From: a virus
Reading direction: 5' to 3' (one strand)
DNA: 64,000 nt
IMG/VR virus record: IMGVR_UViG_3300021399_000164
Location: 1,293 to 65,292 of that record
How positions within the stretch are numbered: position 1 is the first letter of the stretch; each line of letters starts with the position of its first letter. Both the position numbers and the translations under genes were made by a program. Under the pieces are notes generated by a model. That model was not told the DNA's origin. It saw nothing but the letters and a program-made list of their open reading frames with translations, and ran no database searches. Below, piece by piece: positions 36,682 through 46,404 of this stretch.

Positions 36682-36801
36682 AATGAAATTAAGATTAAAG
36701 TTTTAAATTAGAAATTAGTTATATTTGTTGTACAACGTTGCAAATTTAATGACTGAAATCCATTCGATGAAAAGTAACTTTTGTAAGTCCAATTAAAAAA
36801 A

Positions 36802-36829
36802 TAGGAAACCGTTTCACAACGATTTCCTA
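36802..36829 (-). terminator. intrinsic terminator with GTGA loop
   Basis: Minus strand TAGGAAATCGTT GTGA AACGGTTTCCTA followed by a T-tract. Confidence 0.65.
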
Positions 36830-36892
36830 CCAATAATTACTTTTAACTAACTAAAAAATCAAACAACTCTAAAAGAGAAAAAACTACACATA

Positions 36893-39800
36893 CTAATCAT
36901 ATTGTATAAGTCCATTCACTTCAAATGAGATTTCCCAATATATACATTCATATCCGTTACAATTACCTAACTTGCATTCAGCAACAAACGTCTTCACCAA
37001 TCCTGACGATGGGATAATCTGACTTTCTGCCCTTACTTGCTCAGAATAGGTTTCAAATGAATACCCTACCCTGTCAAACATTTGCTCCAAGTCATCAGTT
37101 ATGACAGTTCCAAACTTGTATGTCTTTTCACGAACTATATATGGTGTGCCAACGGATGTATTTGATTTTAATCTCCATCCTATTCCATCAGGGATTGTTG
37201 AAAGGAAGACTATTTGTTTCCCGACGCATTGTCTAAGCTCTTCAAGATTTAGATTACCTGCAATGGATATACGACCTTGTGAGTCTGCTTTTGCACTTGG
37301 CAAATTTGCGTCCAAAGAACTTGTGAAATCATCGCTGAGTTTAAGGTATTTACCAATCTTTAATGGATTTAAATAAAGCTCTCCTGATATATATTCACCA
37401 TACTGTTCTTTGTTTGCTTGTGTCACGACTTGAATCAAGTTATTAATAACACCCTCCAATGTAATTGAATAGGCATACACTTGTCCTGTGCTTGCGTTCA
37501 TCACCATATTAGGTGTGTAGGTGTTCCTTGAATCCCCTTCACCATAGTACAATGCACCATCATCATAACTTGCTGAATTTCCATATTCATCTTTGCCTGC
37601 GTTGCTGAACATATACTCACCATTGAATATCCAGCTGCCAAGTCTTGCAAATCCGCTGAATATAGCATTTGAAATCAGGTATTGGAAATCCGTGGTCATT
37701 ATCTGCCAATTGGAATTGGTGTTACTTGGTCTGTTATCGTTGTCTATATCATATACTCCATTTTCACCAACCCATACCCAATAAGTGTAAGGACTGACTG
37801 ATGATTCTTGCATACGGAAGAAAGGAGTTTCATAGTCAGTAACTTCAAACGTATCAGGGTCAGTTTTTTCAATCCAATCTCCTTTGTAATAGAAATTCCT
37901 GCCCATTGCCCCTTGAATCGTCAAAGGGATAGTCGTTGTGGCGACAGAAACATTGTTTACGACATATGACAAAGTAAGTTCAGATGCATTGTCTATATCC
38001 TCTGAATCCCATTGTCCATTGAATGAACCACCAGATATCCATCTTTGTCCGCTTGTTGTGAAAGCAATTCTTGGATTATCCTTATATCGCCCGTATAATG
38101 TTCCGTTTAATGCAGTTGAGATAGATGCGCCTTCAATCTTGTTTACGTGACAAATAACGTCAACACTTACATAATTGCTTGCATTTACCAATGCGCTTGA
38201 ATTGTCAATTATGATTTGATATGCGACAGCATCAGCACCATCGACACCATTTGTTCCGTTTGTTCCATTAGTACCATCTTTGCCGAAATGCCCGATTAAT
38301 GCTATGTCGGTTTCAGATGTACTTCCGTCTGTATAAGTGATGATTTCATAATTGTAAAGGTATGGCTTCTGGGCTGTAGGAAAGACGACAGTATCACGCC
38401 AATCGAATCTTGATGTGTCTTTCGTAACACCACTTGAAAGATTAGTGATAAGATACATTTCTGCAATTGAACGTATGCCAACACCTTTTTCTCCATACAC
38501 ACCAATTACAATTGGACTAGTCGTAACAGAATTACCATTTGTGTAAAGAATTGTTTCCTTGTTCCACAAGTACTTGTTTGTCTGTGTCATTTGCGGAATA
38601 TCTGTTGACCATGTTGTCGGTGTCGTGTCTTTGCTTGAACTTATCGCATAATATTCCGTAACTGACACGATTCCAACTCCGTCTTGCAACATAGGAATTG
38701 TTTCCTTGTCAACCATCACATTGTTCACATACAATATGAAAGCGATGCTTGTGTGGATTGCACTTGGTAAAGTCGGATTATACAATGTTTCTGCTCCACC
38801 ATCTATGCTTTGTTTGAGAACATATTCATAAGCATCAGGTGTTGATTGTGTGCCACCAACATTCTTTGTTACACCACAAGTGATAGCATTGCTCGGAAAA
38901 TAAGTTCCGTCATCTTTCTTTATGATTTCATCAACACTTGGAACTAGACTATATACAACTGCATCATTTCCATCTTCTCCTTGTTCACCATCTTTCGTGC
39001 CTACTATAGTAAATCTCGCATTTCGTGTGCCAAATGTGGGGTTTGAACAAGTAATTGTTATATCATTGTTTTGGGCGAGAGCTGTGCCTTCATATATGTG
39101 TATTGTCATAACAACAATACCAGTGTCTTCATCCAAGTCAACATATATGTCAGAATCGGTGTGACTTTCGGTAATTGAGCATCTGTCTGTAACGTTCTGC
39201 GTTCCATAATAAGCCTTGATGTTGACCGTCTTGATAAAGTCAGTCTTTGTCTCGCCGTCAACATTCAATGAAACTGCGGTCATTTCATCATTAAGGTCTA
39301 TCACAAATGCACTGCTTCCATCATTTCCAGCATCACCCTTGTCACCCCTGATTTGTCCGCAATCATTCCAACGTGTGCCGTTCCACATATAAAGATGCCC
39401 GTTACTTTCAAGAATATATCCGTCACCAACACTTGCAGTACCCTGACTTACCCAAGAACCAGTATAAATATAGATTGTTGAACTATTCGTGACAAGTCCA
39501 AGTGAATAAGTTGAAGGACTAGATGGAAGACCGCTCACACTTGACGCAACTGCAACAACTGAACCTTTTATGGCAATACTTGTTCCGTCTGCACCTTTTG
39601 TCAGAACTAATTTCCAATTTGTATTCGTGTTGCTTGGCACACTATTTGTATTGTTGTTTGTCGCTCTCCATTTCTGGCCTCCATACCAAACCTCATGTGT
39701 TTCGTATTGCTTGTCATTGGCATCCCAACTTTCAAACAAGTAAGTTTTTCCACTTACCCAATCGCCTTTGTCAACGATATTGATAATAGGATTCCCTTGA

Positions 39801-42800
39801 TAGTCAACCTTAATAAAATCTTCGACTACAACACCTTGTGCGTACAAATAATCACGATTCGGATTTGCTTGTATACGTTGGGCAACAACGGCATAGTTCT
39901 TTACAAAGTCAGGAAGAATACCCAATGTAGTTCCATAGTTTTCGTCACGTAATATAGGATTGTTTACACCAATCAACTTGACTATTCTTCCTTCACTTGT
40001 TGAAAGATAGAATGATTGCTGACGTTGGGTGATTGTTCTTAATATAGATTGGTCAGTCGTTACAATTTGCACGCTGCAAGTGCTTGATGTGTCACGGCAT
40101 CCCCATCTTGTGACAGTCATAAATTCACATGGAGGAAAATTATACAGACTTGGGACATAATCACTAATATAGCACCTGACATACACTTGATTTGTCTGCA
40201 AGGCTGGCAATGTTTGTCCATAGTCAATTTGTATCTCACCAATTTCATCATCAGTAAGTATATACATCCACGATGTGTAATATTTATTGCCACCCCTGTC
40301 GCTTGATTGTGTGCCGTCTGTTGGTTCGACATCACTCACACGTCCATTCTTTGCCGCCAATGTATTGATGACACCTTTCAAAATGTTTCCTGCGACTTGT
40401 GAAGTCACATATCCATCCCACTTTGATTTGAATGTCAATCTATATACCGTGTTTTCATCGTCAGATATTACAGTTTCAACGTTGTCTATTTGGTCATTGT
40501 CAGTAAACATTGTATCACCTTCTTGTGCTTGCACTCTGTTTACCAACAATTCAACGACCTCCAAGAATGAACGGACTTTAAGACTTTCGATTTCCATGTT
40601 TCCCTGTGGTGTCAATTCCCATCCATATCCGTCATTGATTCCCTGACGATAACCAACTGAATGCATAACCCCGTCAAAGAATGATTCACCAAGAAGAGTG
40701 ATTCCCTTTTGGAACGTGATATGTCCTTTTGCTATGTCGTCTGCAATCTTTGAAATTTTTTCATCCAATTGTTTTTGCAAACTTGCATATCCTTCCACTT
40801 TGTCCATTCCGTAGTATTGTGCAATCTGCGACACCTGAACACGTAATTTGCTTACGTCTTCAGTTGTCTGCCCTAATTGGTTCATCACAATCTCAACATC
40901 GTCAGTCAACGTTATGGAATATTGTGGAAGAACACTTTCGCCAAACTTGATAGATATCTGCTTTACATACAATGCCAATAATGCGTTTCCATATTCAAAC
41001 CTGACTATCTTATTGTTGTCAATCTGATACAAAATGCTTAGATTTTCACGTAGGAATTTCTCATCAAAGTTCAATGGATAGTCAAAGTAATACACATTGT
41101 TTTCCAATATGTATTCCATCATGGTTTCGTCAAGTTCTTGTTCTGCGTTGTTAATGTAAGTCAAAGGTAAAGATATGCCGAGAATCACAAATGAATCACC
41201 AGCTTTCGGATTTTGATATTTGTTAGGCATGAGTGTGCCGAATGTATCAATGTCCTTTGCGACAATAACGGTTATAGACTGGCTGGTACTGTCGGGATAA
41301 TCGTCAATTCGTGCTTGTCGTTTTGCACCACTTGGGTCAAAGTTTCCATCATCATCCCAAAAAACATTCTTATAGTCTTCCCAATCACATTGTATCGTGA
41401 ACGTACACCCAAGACAAGCACCACTTCGCATATTGATATCCATTTGTTCAGTTATGCTTGCACAAGCATACAAGTCAAATCCCAATGGCGGCAATGTGAT
41501 TTTGAAATAACTTTGAAGATAATTTCCGTCATCATCCATTGTGTCATCCCAAATAACTGCTGGTGCAGAACTTTTACGAAGGACTTTATACGTGAAATTT
41601 ACAACAGAAGACGTATGATTGATAAATGCCCACGTCTTTTCATCAGAATCATATTCTATCTTTGCGGAGTGCGGATTAGTGCCGCCACCTGTGATATCGT
41701 CCATTGTCTCACCGTTTTGGACGGCAGAATATATCCTGTCTAAAAGATGAATCTCTTTTAAGTTATGTGCCTTGTCAGCAACAGATTTCGCCGCATTAAT
41801 TCTTAAAGCGAACTCATGCATTGTAAGATATTCGTCTTCATTCTGATTGTCATAAGGCTGTACATCAACTAATGTTTTCTCGCCATCAGACCAAAGTCTT
41901 GGATAAACATCTTCAAATTCATGCGTTTCATAACTTGGTGCAGAAACATTTATCGGATTCGGATAAGTGCTTGGTGCATCATAATAGTCAATGATTTCAA
42001 TGTCTGGATTATAGCCATCCGCATAGGGATTGACTTTCTTATTCACTCGTTCACGATAGATGCTTGGCATGAGATGTGTGCGTGTAAATGGGTGCTTGAT
42101 TAGTTGCACATATTGACCGCCGACAATGCCTTTGTAGATAGGATAAGAATCTGGGTCGTTCGGATTGTTCTTCGTGTCAGTCCAATCTGGATTTCCAACC
42201 CAAGGAATCTGAGGATAACCATAAGGAATATTTCTTTCACTTCCATATCCGCTCAGTCTTGTTACTATCTTGTTTCCTTTTGGTGTCGTTGAGTTGTTTT
42301 TCAATCCGACCCCTTTGCCAAACCTGAACAAGTACGCACCATCTTGTGTATATGTCACATTGCCAGAATCTCCACCAATCGCAACGTAGATTTCGGTAGT
42401 TTCTGTTGCTGTATATCTTGAATTTGCAATGTATTCCAAGTTGGAGTTCAATATAAGACCTTCATAGGCTTGGCCTTGTGGTGTGACAACGATTGAATCT
42501 CCCTTGAATAATCTTACCGGTTCTTCAAAATAGTAAACACCGCTAGTCGGGGCTTCATGACCGCAATAAATCGTCTTTGATATTGTGGACGTGATTTCCT
42601 TGCTTGGATATCCCCATTGAATAAGATAACGTTTCCCGTTGGCATAGTCTTCGTCATTGACATCAAGCATACTTACGACAAAAGGCACTTCCCACGTTTC
42701 ATATCCAGTCTTTAACGCATCACTTACAAAGTTGTTGTCAAAAGCAAGAACTTCACTTAATGTCTTTCTCTTTTCTTGCGTTACGGAATCGTCAATTCTG

Positions 42801-43270
42801 CAAATCCATTCAGTTTCCATTAGATTCGCATTGAGTTTCGCAACATAGTCAGTAAGATTGCCAATCCACGAAAATATCTTGTTTTGGGAAAGATACTTTT
42901 CCTGACTTTCTTCCACCGCAATATCGGAGAAAGGAAAAGCACCTAACATATATTCAGGATGATAGAACGTGACTGAATATCTTGTAGCTCCCTTTGTGTC
43001 GGAATTATCCTTGACCAGTCCGTTCCTTGTCACAGTAGGTGGATTGACGATATAGTATTTGACATCCTCAAATATCACATACTCTTTCATCGTGAATTGC
43101 AGTTTATTGTCAATCCACACAAAATCACCAGTAATATTTCTGCCCAACGACATAATCACATTGTCGTAGGTCGCTTTCCTTAATACTATGTTGTGGAATG
43201 GCTGACGATTTCCATTCGTATCATCATAGTAAATCGGAAACACAAGATTCAGTCCGTTTTGATTGTTCAT
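36893..43270 (-). CDS. large tail/baseplate and host-recognition protein
   Basis: 2125 aa; IVTRLSGYGSERNIP tail motif, collagen-like G-x-x-G runs, repeated YLWN/YLYN..ITYT modules. Confidence 0.8.
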   Translation of the reverse strand: MNNQNGLNLVFPIYYDDTNGNRQPFHNIVLRKATYDNVIMSLGRNITGDFVWIDNKLQFTMKEYVIFEDVKYYIVNPPTVTRNGLVKDNSDTKGATRYSVTFYHPEYMLGAFPFSDIAVEESQEKYLSQNKIFSWIGNLTDYVAKLNANLMETEWICRIDDSVTQEKRKTLSEVLAFDNNFVSDALKTGYETWEVPFVVSMLDVNDEDYANGKRYLIQWGYPSKEITSTISKTIYCGHEAPTSGVYYFEEPVRLFKGDSIVVTPQGQAYEGLILNSNLEYIANSRYTATETTEIYVAIGGDSGNVTYTQDGAYLFRFGKGVGLKNNSTTPKGNKIVTRLSGYGSERNIPYGYPQIPWVGNPDWTDTKNNPNDPDSYPIYKGIVGGQYVQLIKHPFTRTHLMPSIYRERVNKKVNPYADGYNPDIEIIDYYDAPSTYPNPINVSAPSYETHEFEDVYPRLWSDGEKTLVDVQPYDNQNEDEYLTMHEFALRINAAKSVADKAHNLKEIHLLDRIYSAVQNGETMDDITGGGTNPHSAKIEYDSDEKTWAFINHTSSVVNFTYKVLRKSSAPAVIWDDTMDDDGNYLQSYFKITLPPLGFDLYACASITEQMDINMRSGACLGCTFTIQCDWEDYKNVFWDDDGNFDPSGAKRQARIDDYPDSTSQSITVIVAKDIDTFGTLMPNKYQNPKAGDSFVILGISLPLTYINNAEQELDETMMEYILENNVYYFDYPLNFDEKFLRENLSILYQIDNNKIVRFEYGNALLALYVKQISIKFGESVLPQYSITLTDDVEIVMNQLGQTTEDVSKLRVQVSQIAQYYGMDKVEGYASLQKQLDEKISKIADDIAKGHITFQKGITLLGESFFDGVMHSVGYRQGINDGYGWELTPQGNMEIESLKVRSFLEVVELLVNRVQAQEGDTMFTDNDQIDNVETVISDDENTVYRLTFKSKWDGYVTSQVAGNILKGVINTLAAKNGRVSDVEPTDGTQSSDRGGNKYYTSWMYILTDDEIGEIQIDYGQTLPALQTNQVYVRCYISDYVPSLYNFPPCEFMTVTRWGCRDTSSTCSVQIVTTDQSILRTITQRQQSFYLSTSEGRIVKLIGVNNPILRDENYGTTLGILPDFVKNYAVVAQRIQANPNRDYLYAQGVVVEDFIKVDYQGNPIINIVDKGDWVSGKTYLFESWDANDKQYETHEVWYGGQKWRATNNNTNSVPSNTNTNWKLVLTKGADGTSIAIKGSVVAVASSVSGLPSSPSTYSLGLVTNSSTIYIYTGSWVSQGTASVGDGYILESNGHLYMWNGTRWNDCGQIRGDKGDAGNDGSSAFVIDLNDEMTAVSLNVDGETKTDFIKTVNIKAYYGTQNVTDRCSITESHTDSDIYVDLDEDTGIVVMTIHIYEGTALAQNNDITITCSNPTFGTRNARFTIVGTKDGEQGEDGNDAVVYSLVPSVDEIIKKDDGTYFPSNAITCGVTKNVGGTQSTPDAYEYVLKQSIDGGAETLYNPTLPSAIHTSIAFILYVNNVMVDKETIPMLQDGVGIVSVTEYYAISSSKDTTPTTWSTDIPQMTQTNKYLWNKETILYTNGNSVTTSPIVIGVYGEKGVGIRSIAEMYLITNLSSGVTKDTSRFDWRDTVVFPTAQKPYLYNYEIITYTDGSTSETDIALIGHFGKDGTNGTNGTNGVDGADAVAYQIIIDNSSALVNASNYVSVDVICHVNKIEGASISTALNGTLYGRYKDNPRIAFTTSGQRWISGGSFNGQWDSEDIDNASELTLSYVVNNVSVATTTIPLTIQGAMGRNFYYKGDWIEKTDPDTFEVTDYETPFFRMQESSVSPYTYWVWVGENGVYDIDNDNRPSNTNSNWQIMTTDFQYLISNAIFSGFARLGSWIFNGEYMFSNAGKDEYGNSASYDDGALYYGEGDSRNTYTPNMVMNASTGQVYAYSITLEGVINNLIQVVTQANKEQYGEYISGELYLNPLKIGKYLKLSDDFTSSLDANLPSAKADSQGRISIAGNLNLEELRQCVGKQIVFLSTIPDGIGWRLKSNTSVGTPYIVREKTYKFGTVITDDLEQMFDRVGYSFETYSEQVRAESQIIPSSGLVKTFVAECKLGNCNGYECIYWEISFEVNGLIQYD

Positions 43271-43271
43271 G

Positions 43272-43799
43272 TCATTTCAGAAATTTAAATAATTTATAAG
43301 CGAAGAAAGCGATGCAAGCAAGTCCTATGATGAACACAAAAAAGGTAATATATCCCAAATAGTCCTTTTTCTCTTTCACCACTTCCTTATCTTTTGAGTT
43401 TTGGATTTTCTCTTTTTCTTGAAGTAGTTGCGATATGCTCTTTTGTAAAGAATCAATCTTGCTTTTGTATTTGTCGGTGGAATCTTTCTGATAAACGTAA
43501 TGATATACGTTGTTCTGAACCACCTCACGTATTGTGTCACCACTCTCTTTCAATGTAATCACTCTTGTCTGAATATCACGTATTGTGTCAGTCTTCTGGA
43601 TAATCTGATAGTCACGTATCGTATCTACCTTATTATGTATTACAATCAACGTGTCGTTCGTTTTATTGTATATGGTGTCCGTGTGTGTCTCCGTGATGAT
43701 TTCACGCTTTGTAGTGCAATTTATGAAAGAAATAATAGTAGTGATGATAAACACCACTACCATTATCCTTGATGCTATGTTCATTCTTTCCATCGTCAA
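43272..43799 (-). CDS. putative spanin (lipoprotein signal plus C-terminal TM)
   Basis: Hydrophobic N-terminus ending in Cys, DT-rich linker, C-terminal TM; follows the endolysin. Confidence 0.55.
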   Translation of the reverse strand: MTMERMNIASRIMVVVFIITTIISFINCTTKREIITETHTDTIYNKTNDTLIVIHNKVDTIRDYQIIQKTDTIRDIQTRVITLKESGDTIREVVQNNVYHYVYQKDSTDKYKSKIDSLQKSISQLLQEKEKIQNSKDKEVVKEKKDYLGYITFFVFIIGLACIAFFAYKLFKFLK

Positions 43800-44422
43800 A
43801 GTGTTCTGAAATATTCGTTGATAGAATTAACGTGTAAGTTCACAATCGCATTCTTGCCTTTGTCACTTAACAAGAAATCCACATCTTCCTTGCTGTCTTG
43901 GAAGAGATTCTCCGTCAGCACCGCAGGGCATATCGTGTTGTTCAACACATAGAAATTACTTGAGTGATACTTACAAGTCGGAATTGAGCGGTTTCCACAA
44001 AGGTCATCCCTGATTGCATTGCTTGTGAAAATCTTTGCAAGTTTCTTTGACTTTTCAGACCCGACAATGCTTACGTGAACCGAGAACCCTTTCGCATTGT
44101 GCCATTCCCGTCCGTTTCCAGCGGCATCATTATGTATTGACACATAGATACAATTTGCAGTTCCGTGTTTTTTGCAAATCTCGTTGACAATCTGAACTCG
44201 TCTCTTCAATTCGCTTGATTGTGGCAACGGTACAACATCTGCTATTATATCAATATAGACGATGTAGCCCATTGCTTCCAACTTTGGTTTAATCATCTGA
44301 ATCACATCACGGCTGAACTTGTATTCACGGAATCGCCCATCTGGAGAACGTTTGCCAGCAACATTACTACCGTGAGCCGTTCCTAAAATCACCACTTTGG
44401 TATTATTCAATCGCTGTTCCAT
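43796..44422 (-). CDS. endolysin, N-acetylmuramoyl-L-alanine amidase (Amidase_3)
   Basis: AHG...GKRSPDG...E, VSIHNDA, PAVLTEN. Confidence 0.92.
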   Translation of the reverse strand: MEQRLNNTKVVILGTAHGSNVAGKRSPDGRFREYKFSRDVIQMIKPKLEAMGYIVYIDIIADVVPLPQSSELKRRVQIVNEICKKHGTANCIYVSIHNDAAGNGREWHNAKGFSVHVSIVGSEKSKKLAKIFTSNAIRDDLCGNRSIPTCKYHSSNFYVLNNTICPAVLTENLFQDSKEDVDFLLSDKGKNAIVNLHVNSINEYFRTL

Positions 44423-44873
44423 TTTTGTTTTCTAATAATTGTTTAGGTTTATCTTCTATTTCAACACCACTCACATCCACGTTTGTTCGGTTCGTACAAC
44501 CGATTACCGCACAAGTGAATGGTAATAATGCCTCTATCTTCCTGCCTTGTTTCGCCACAGTGCTTTTCAATGCAGAAATCTCATTTTCCATCTCATTATA
44601 CTTTTTCCGCAAATCATCATTTTCTTTTCGTAACAAATCCCTGTCCTCACGGAGATGCGCCCTGTCACTACGCAAGTCCTCGCAATATTTGTTCAAGTCC
44701 TCAATGGTTTGCTGATAAACATCTTGCATACTTTTCCAAGCGTCCACTTCGACTTGTTGTGCCTCACCATTCGCCTTGCGTTTGGACGCACCTATCGTGA
44801 AAAGCCAAGTAAGACCTCCGCCTGTCAAAGCACCAAGTAAGCTCATTATAATCGTGTTCCAATCCATCAGCAA
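44403..44873 (-). CDS. putative holin-like protein (TM plus coiled coil)
   Basis: LLGALTGGGLTWLF then coiled coil and CxxxxC; precedes the endolysin. Confidence 0.5.
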   Translation of the reverse strand: MLMDWNTIIMSLLGALTGGGLTWLFTIGASKRKANGEAQQVEVDAWKSMQDVYQQTIEDLNKYCEDLRSDRAHLREDRDLLRKENDDLRKKYNEMENEISALKSTVAKQGRKIEALLPFTCAVIGCTNRTNVDVSGVEIEDKPKQLLENKNGTAIE

Positions 44874-44874
44874 A

Positions 44875-46404
44875 TCAAGAATTAAGAATTGAAGGCTCTA
44901 CCAAATCAACAGTTTCAGTTTCTACATTATCAACGATTTCGTTGCTTGAGTTACGAGCTATGTTGTTTGCGGTTGCGGCATTGGAATCAATCTGCTGTGA
45001 ATCAACACCTACCAAAGCACCACGTTCCTTGATTACGCGTTCAGTTTCGTCAGGGGCGGCATCTGGCGATTTCTCAATGATTGTCTGAGTACTCAACCAT
45101 TTAGCCTCCATAGCCAGATTGGTAATCTTTGTAGTGTTTGTCTCAAGTGACCATGGAACAATCTTGACTCCGATTTTTAAGTCTGAATACTTGATTCCTG
45201 TTTCAAGTTCAAGTCCGCATTGATGCAGATATACCATGTCATTGACAAACTTTTGCCAATCCATAGCACTCTGAGTTGCCAACGCATAGTCATTTGACAT
45301 AGCCAATGCGATTCCGTTTCCACCGCTGTTTGATGTTGTGATATCCTTTGGTGTGATGAAAGATGTTGAGCTGAAAAGTGAAATCTTCTCTTCCAATGTC
45401 TTCAGATATCCGTCCATTGTCTGAGGTTCAGGGAAATTCAAAACCTTTGCATCTTGTTTTCCATTGGTGTTGTCGCTTGAAAGGTTGATTACAAGTGTGC
45501 TTGAATCACGTTTAAAAGAATCCTCATCCATCTCACCAATCAATACCAATGCGAATGTTCCGAAACGTTTCAATGCAATATCTTGTATATTTGCCATAAT
45601 CTCCCACATTTCGATGCTTGATTGGGCATACTCCCATGCTGGAAGACCACGTTTGTGTAGCAATGGACAAATCGGGAATCCATGTAGTTCACTTTGTATT
45701 TCCCATCCATTGTTAGCCATCTTACAACGATAATGCTTGGTGTTGTCGTATGTGTCAATCACGATTCCGCTATCTATCTTGTACACCAAAGAACGTGCTA
45801 TCTCATGTCCGTATTCATCATAGTTCGGGATAATCTGATAGCCGTCTTCATAGCTATAAGTTGTGATTTCGTATTTTCTCCGTTGACTGTCAAAACTAAA
45901 CAACACGCCGACATTACCGACTTTCTTACAAGTTGAAATTGCTTGATATTTTGCCCATTCGCAACTGCGCCAAACCCATTCTTGCTTTACGAAATTAAAG
46001 CCATCTTTCTCATCATCATCATTCTTTTGATTGCAAAGACTGAACTCCAATGGATTCGCAGTAAGGTTTCTTACGTGTGCTGCGTGAATAAGTTTTTGAA
46101 ATGATGCGGTTTGCGTGATTTCATCAAAGCCGAGATTCATTCCGTTATATACCACCTTGATTTTTGGGATAGCCTTGTTCAAGATGATATGATGCAAGTC
46201 TGGTCTATATTCGGTAAGATACAAGTCTTGCGATATAGGCATAAGTTCCAATTGTGAGAATCCTGTATTCAGAAACGAATTGTTTGAGATAGCAGCAGAT
46301 TCCCATCCGTGTGGCTTTTTCTCACCACCTCTTGTGAAAGGTTTCATGACCGTCAGCCTTGTTGGCTCATCCAAAAACCAATTGATGTTCCGTTCTACGT
46401 TCAT
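44875..46404 (-). CDS. portal protein
   Basis: 509 aa directly after the terminase; SGGNGIAL..., LSTQT.IE pattern resembling SPP1-type portals. Confidence 0.75.
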   Translation of the reverse strand: MNVERNINWFLDEPTRLTVMKPFTRGGEKKPHGWESAAISNNSFLNTGFSQLELMPISQDLYLTEYRPDLHHIILNKAIPKIKVVYNGMNLGFDEITQTASFQKLIHAAHVRNLTANPLEFSLCNQKNDDDEKDGFNFVKQEWVWRSCEWAKYQAISTCKKVGNVGVLFSFDSQRRKYEITTYSYEDGYQIIPNYDEYGHEIARSLVYKIDSGIVIDTYDNTKHYRCKMANNGWEIQSELHGFPICPLLHKRGLPAWEYAQSSIEMWEIMANIQDIALKRFGTFALVLIGEMDEDSFKRDSSTLVINLSSDNTNGKQDAKVLNFPEPQTMDGYLKTLEEKISLFSSTSFITPKDITTSNSGGNGIALAMSNDYALATQSAMDWQKFVNDMVYLHQCGLELETGIKYSDLKIGVKIVPWSLETNTTKITNLAMEAKWLSTQTIIEKSPDAAPDETERVIKERGALVGVDSQQIDSNAATANNIARNSSNEIVDNVETETVDLVEPSILNS

